Program-made: the position numbers and the translations under genes
IMG/VR virus record: IMGVR_UViG_3300049893_001204
Span: 1-64,000 of that record
Direction: 5' to 3' (one strand)
DNA: 64,000 nucleotides
Origin: a virus
Notes under the pieces: generated by a model
What the model saw: the letters and a program-made list of their open reading frames with translations, nothing else
Told to the model about the DNA's origin: nothing
Databases searched by the model: none
In this document: piece after piece, positions 63,166 to 64,000 of the stretch
Layout of the letters: each line of letters opens with the position of its first letter
How positions within the stretch are numbered: position 1 is the first letter of the stretch

Positions 63166-64000
63166 TACCGATTACCTAACTGTTGCTGGAGTTGCTCAAT
63201 CTTTTTATCTTTGTCACTTTTAATTCCTAGTGCTCCAGCAGCTACTCCACCTAAGCCCATGCCTGTAAGAACACCTATTTCATCTCCAATAAAACGACCT
63301 GCAGCTCTCCCAACATGCTCACCTGTGATATCCTTTGCTGGCTTTAAAAGAGATTCAAATACAGTTCCCATATTCACATCTACACCAGGAATTGTTTCAT
63401 TTTTATGTTTAGCGGCTGCATAAGCAAGGCCTTCATCCATTTTTCCTGCTGCTTGCTTGGCGATTAACTGTTCAACTTGACCATATCCTTCTTTAAGCTT
63501 CCCTTATATTTGTTCTTTAATTGCTTGTTTTTCTGCTGTTCCTAAGGTTTCATAAGTTTCTAAACCAGCCTTAAGGCGACCTCCTTGTTTAACAAGAGGT
63601 GCATGTTTTTGAAAAGTTTCAGCATCTATGCCGTAGCGCCCTGCAAATTGAACTGGATTTTCTAGAGCCTCATGCATTAAACGCGCAGATGTTTGCTCCA
63701 TTAATTCTTGTTTAATTCCTGCTTTTCCATATCTTGCCATCTCAGCAGCACCTGAAGCAAGTGTTTTTTGACCTGCAAGACGACCAACTTGTGACAATAA
63801 ACTATTTTGATTTTTAAGTGCTTGTGAGTGTAAAGCTTCACCAATACGTGCGCCAATACGTGTTCCTAACAAACCAAGCCCAACACCTCCGACCATTCCA
63901 CCCAACGTTTGAAGAGCGACTTGTGGAAGGGGTGTGTTTGTACCTAGCAATCCTAAGCCTGCTAAAGCGCCTCCCATCACACCTTCTTGTGCTTCTTGAA
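63159..64000 (-). pseudogene. Gly-rich virion-type gene interrupted by one in-frame TAA (5' end outside the window)
   Basis: ORFs 63504-63980 and 63159-63440 share a frame and are joined by 21 sense codons after the TAA at 63504-63506. Confidence 0.6.

Overview
64 kb of a lytic tailed cyanophage genome. The hli, nblA-like, dps, speD and thyX genes point to a picocyanobacterial host. The gene set resembles my recollection of freshwater Synechococcus phages such as S-EIV1, which I have not verified. Layout: 1-26.7 kb is a minus-strand late block (tail fibre/collagen, lytic enzymes, major capsid, scaffold, portal, terminase, many putative internal virion proteins). 27.2-51.2 kb is a plus-strand early/middle block of small ORFs plus PcfJ-like, thyX, family A DNA polymerase, SSB and Gp157. 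51-64 kb is mixed (Dps, HExxH proteases, a tRNA/ncRNA cluster, methyltransferase, hli, nuclease, primase-helicase, speD). Main finding: the early block is punctuated gene by gene by about 20 copies of four covarying structured elements. These are (A) a CAN/UGUAAGU internal-loop hairpin x7, (B) an H-type pseudoknot x6, (C) a UGA-anchored, RNase III-like two-state hairpin x5, and (D) a UGA-anchored tRNA-like three-way junction x2. Most are followed by a G-poor A/C-rich leader. Late genes instead mostly carry their own -10-only promoter. Other highlights: a circularly permuted M23 peptidase, a 200-codon portal/scaffold dual-coding overlap, two tRNA-like RNAs with remodelled anticodon arms next to a candidate multibranched ncRNA, and an unannotated NblA-like gene. 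All calls come from reading motifs by eye; no searches or folding programs were run.
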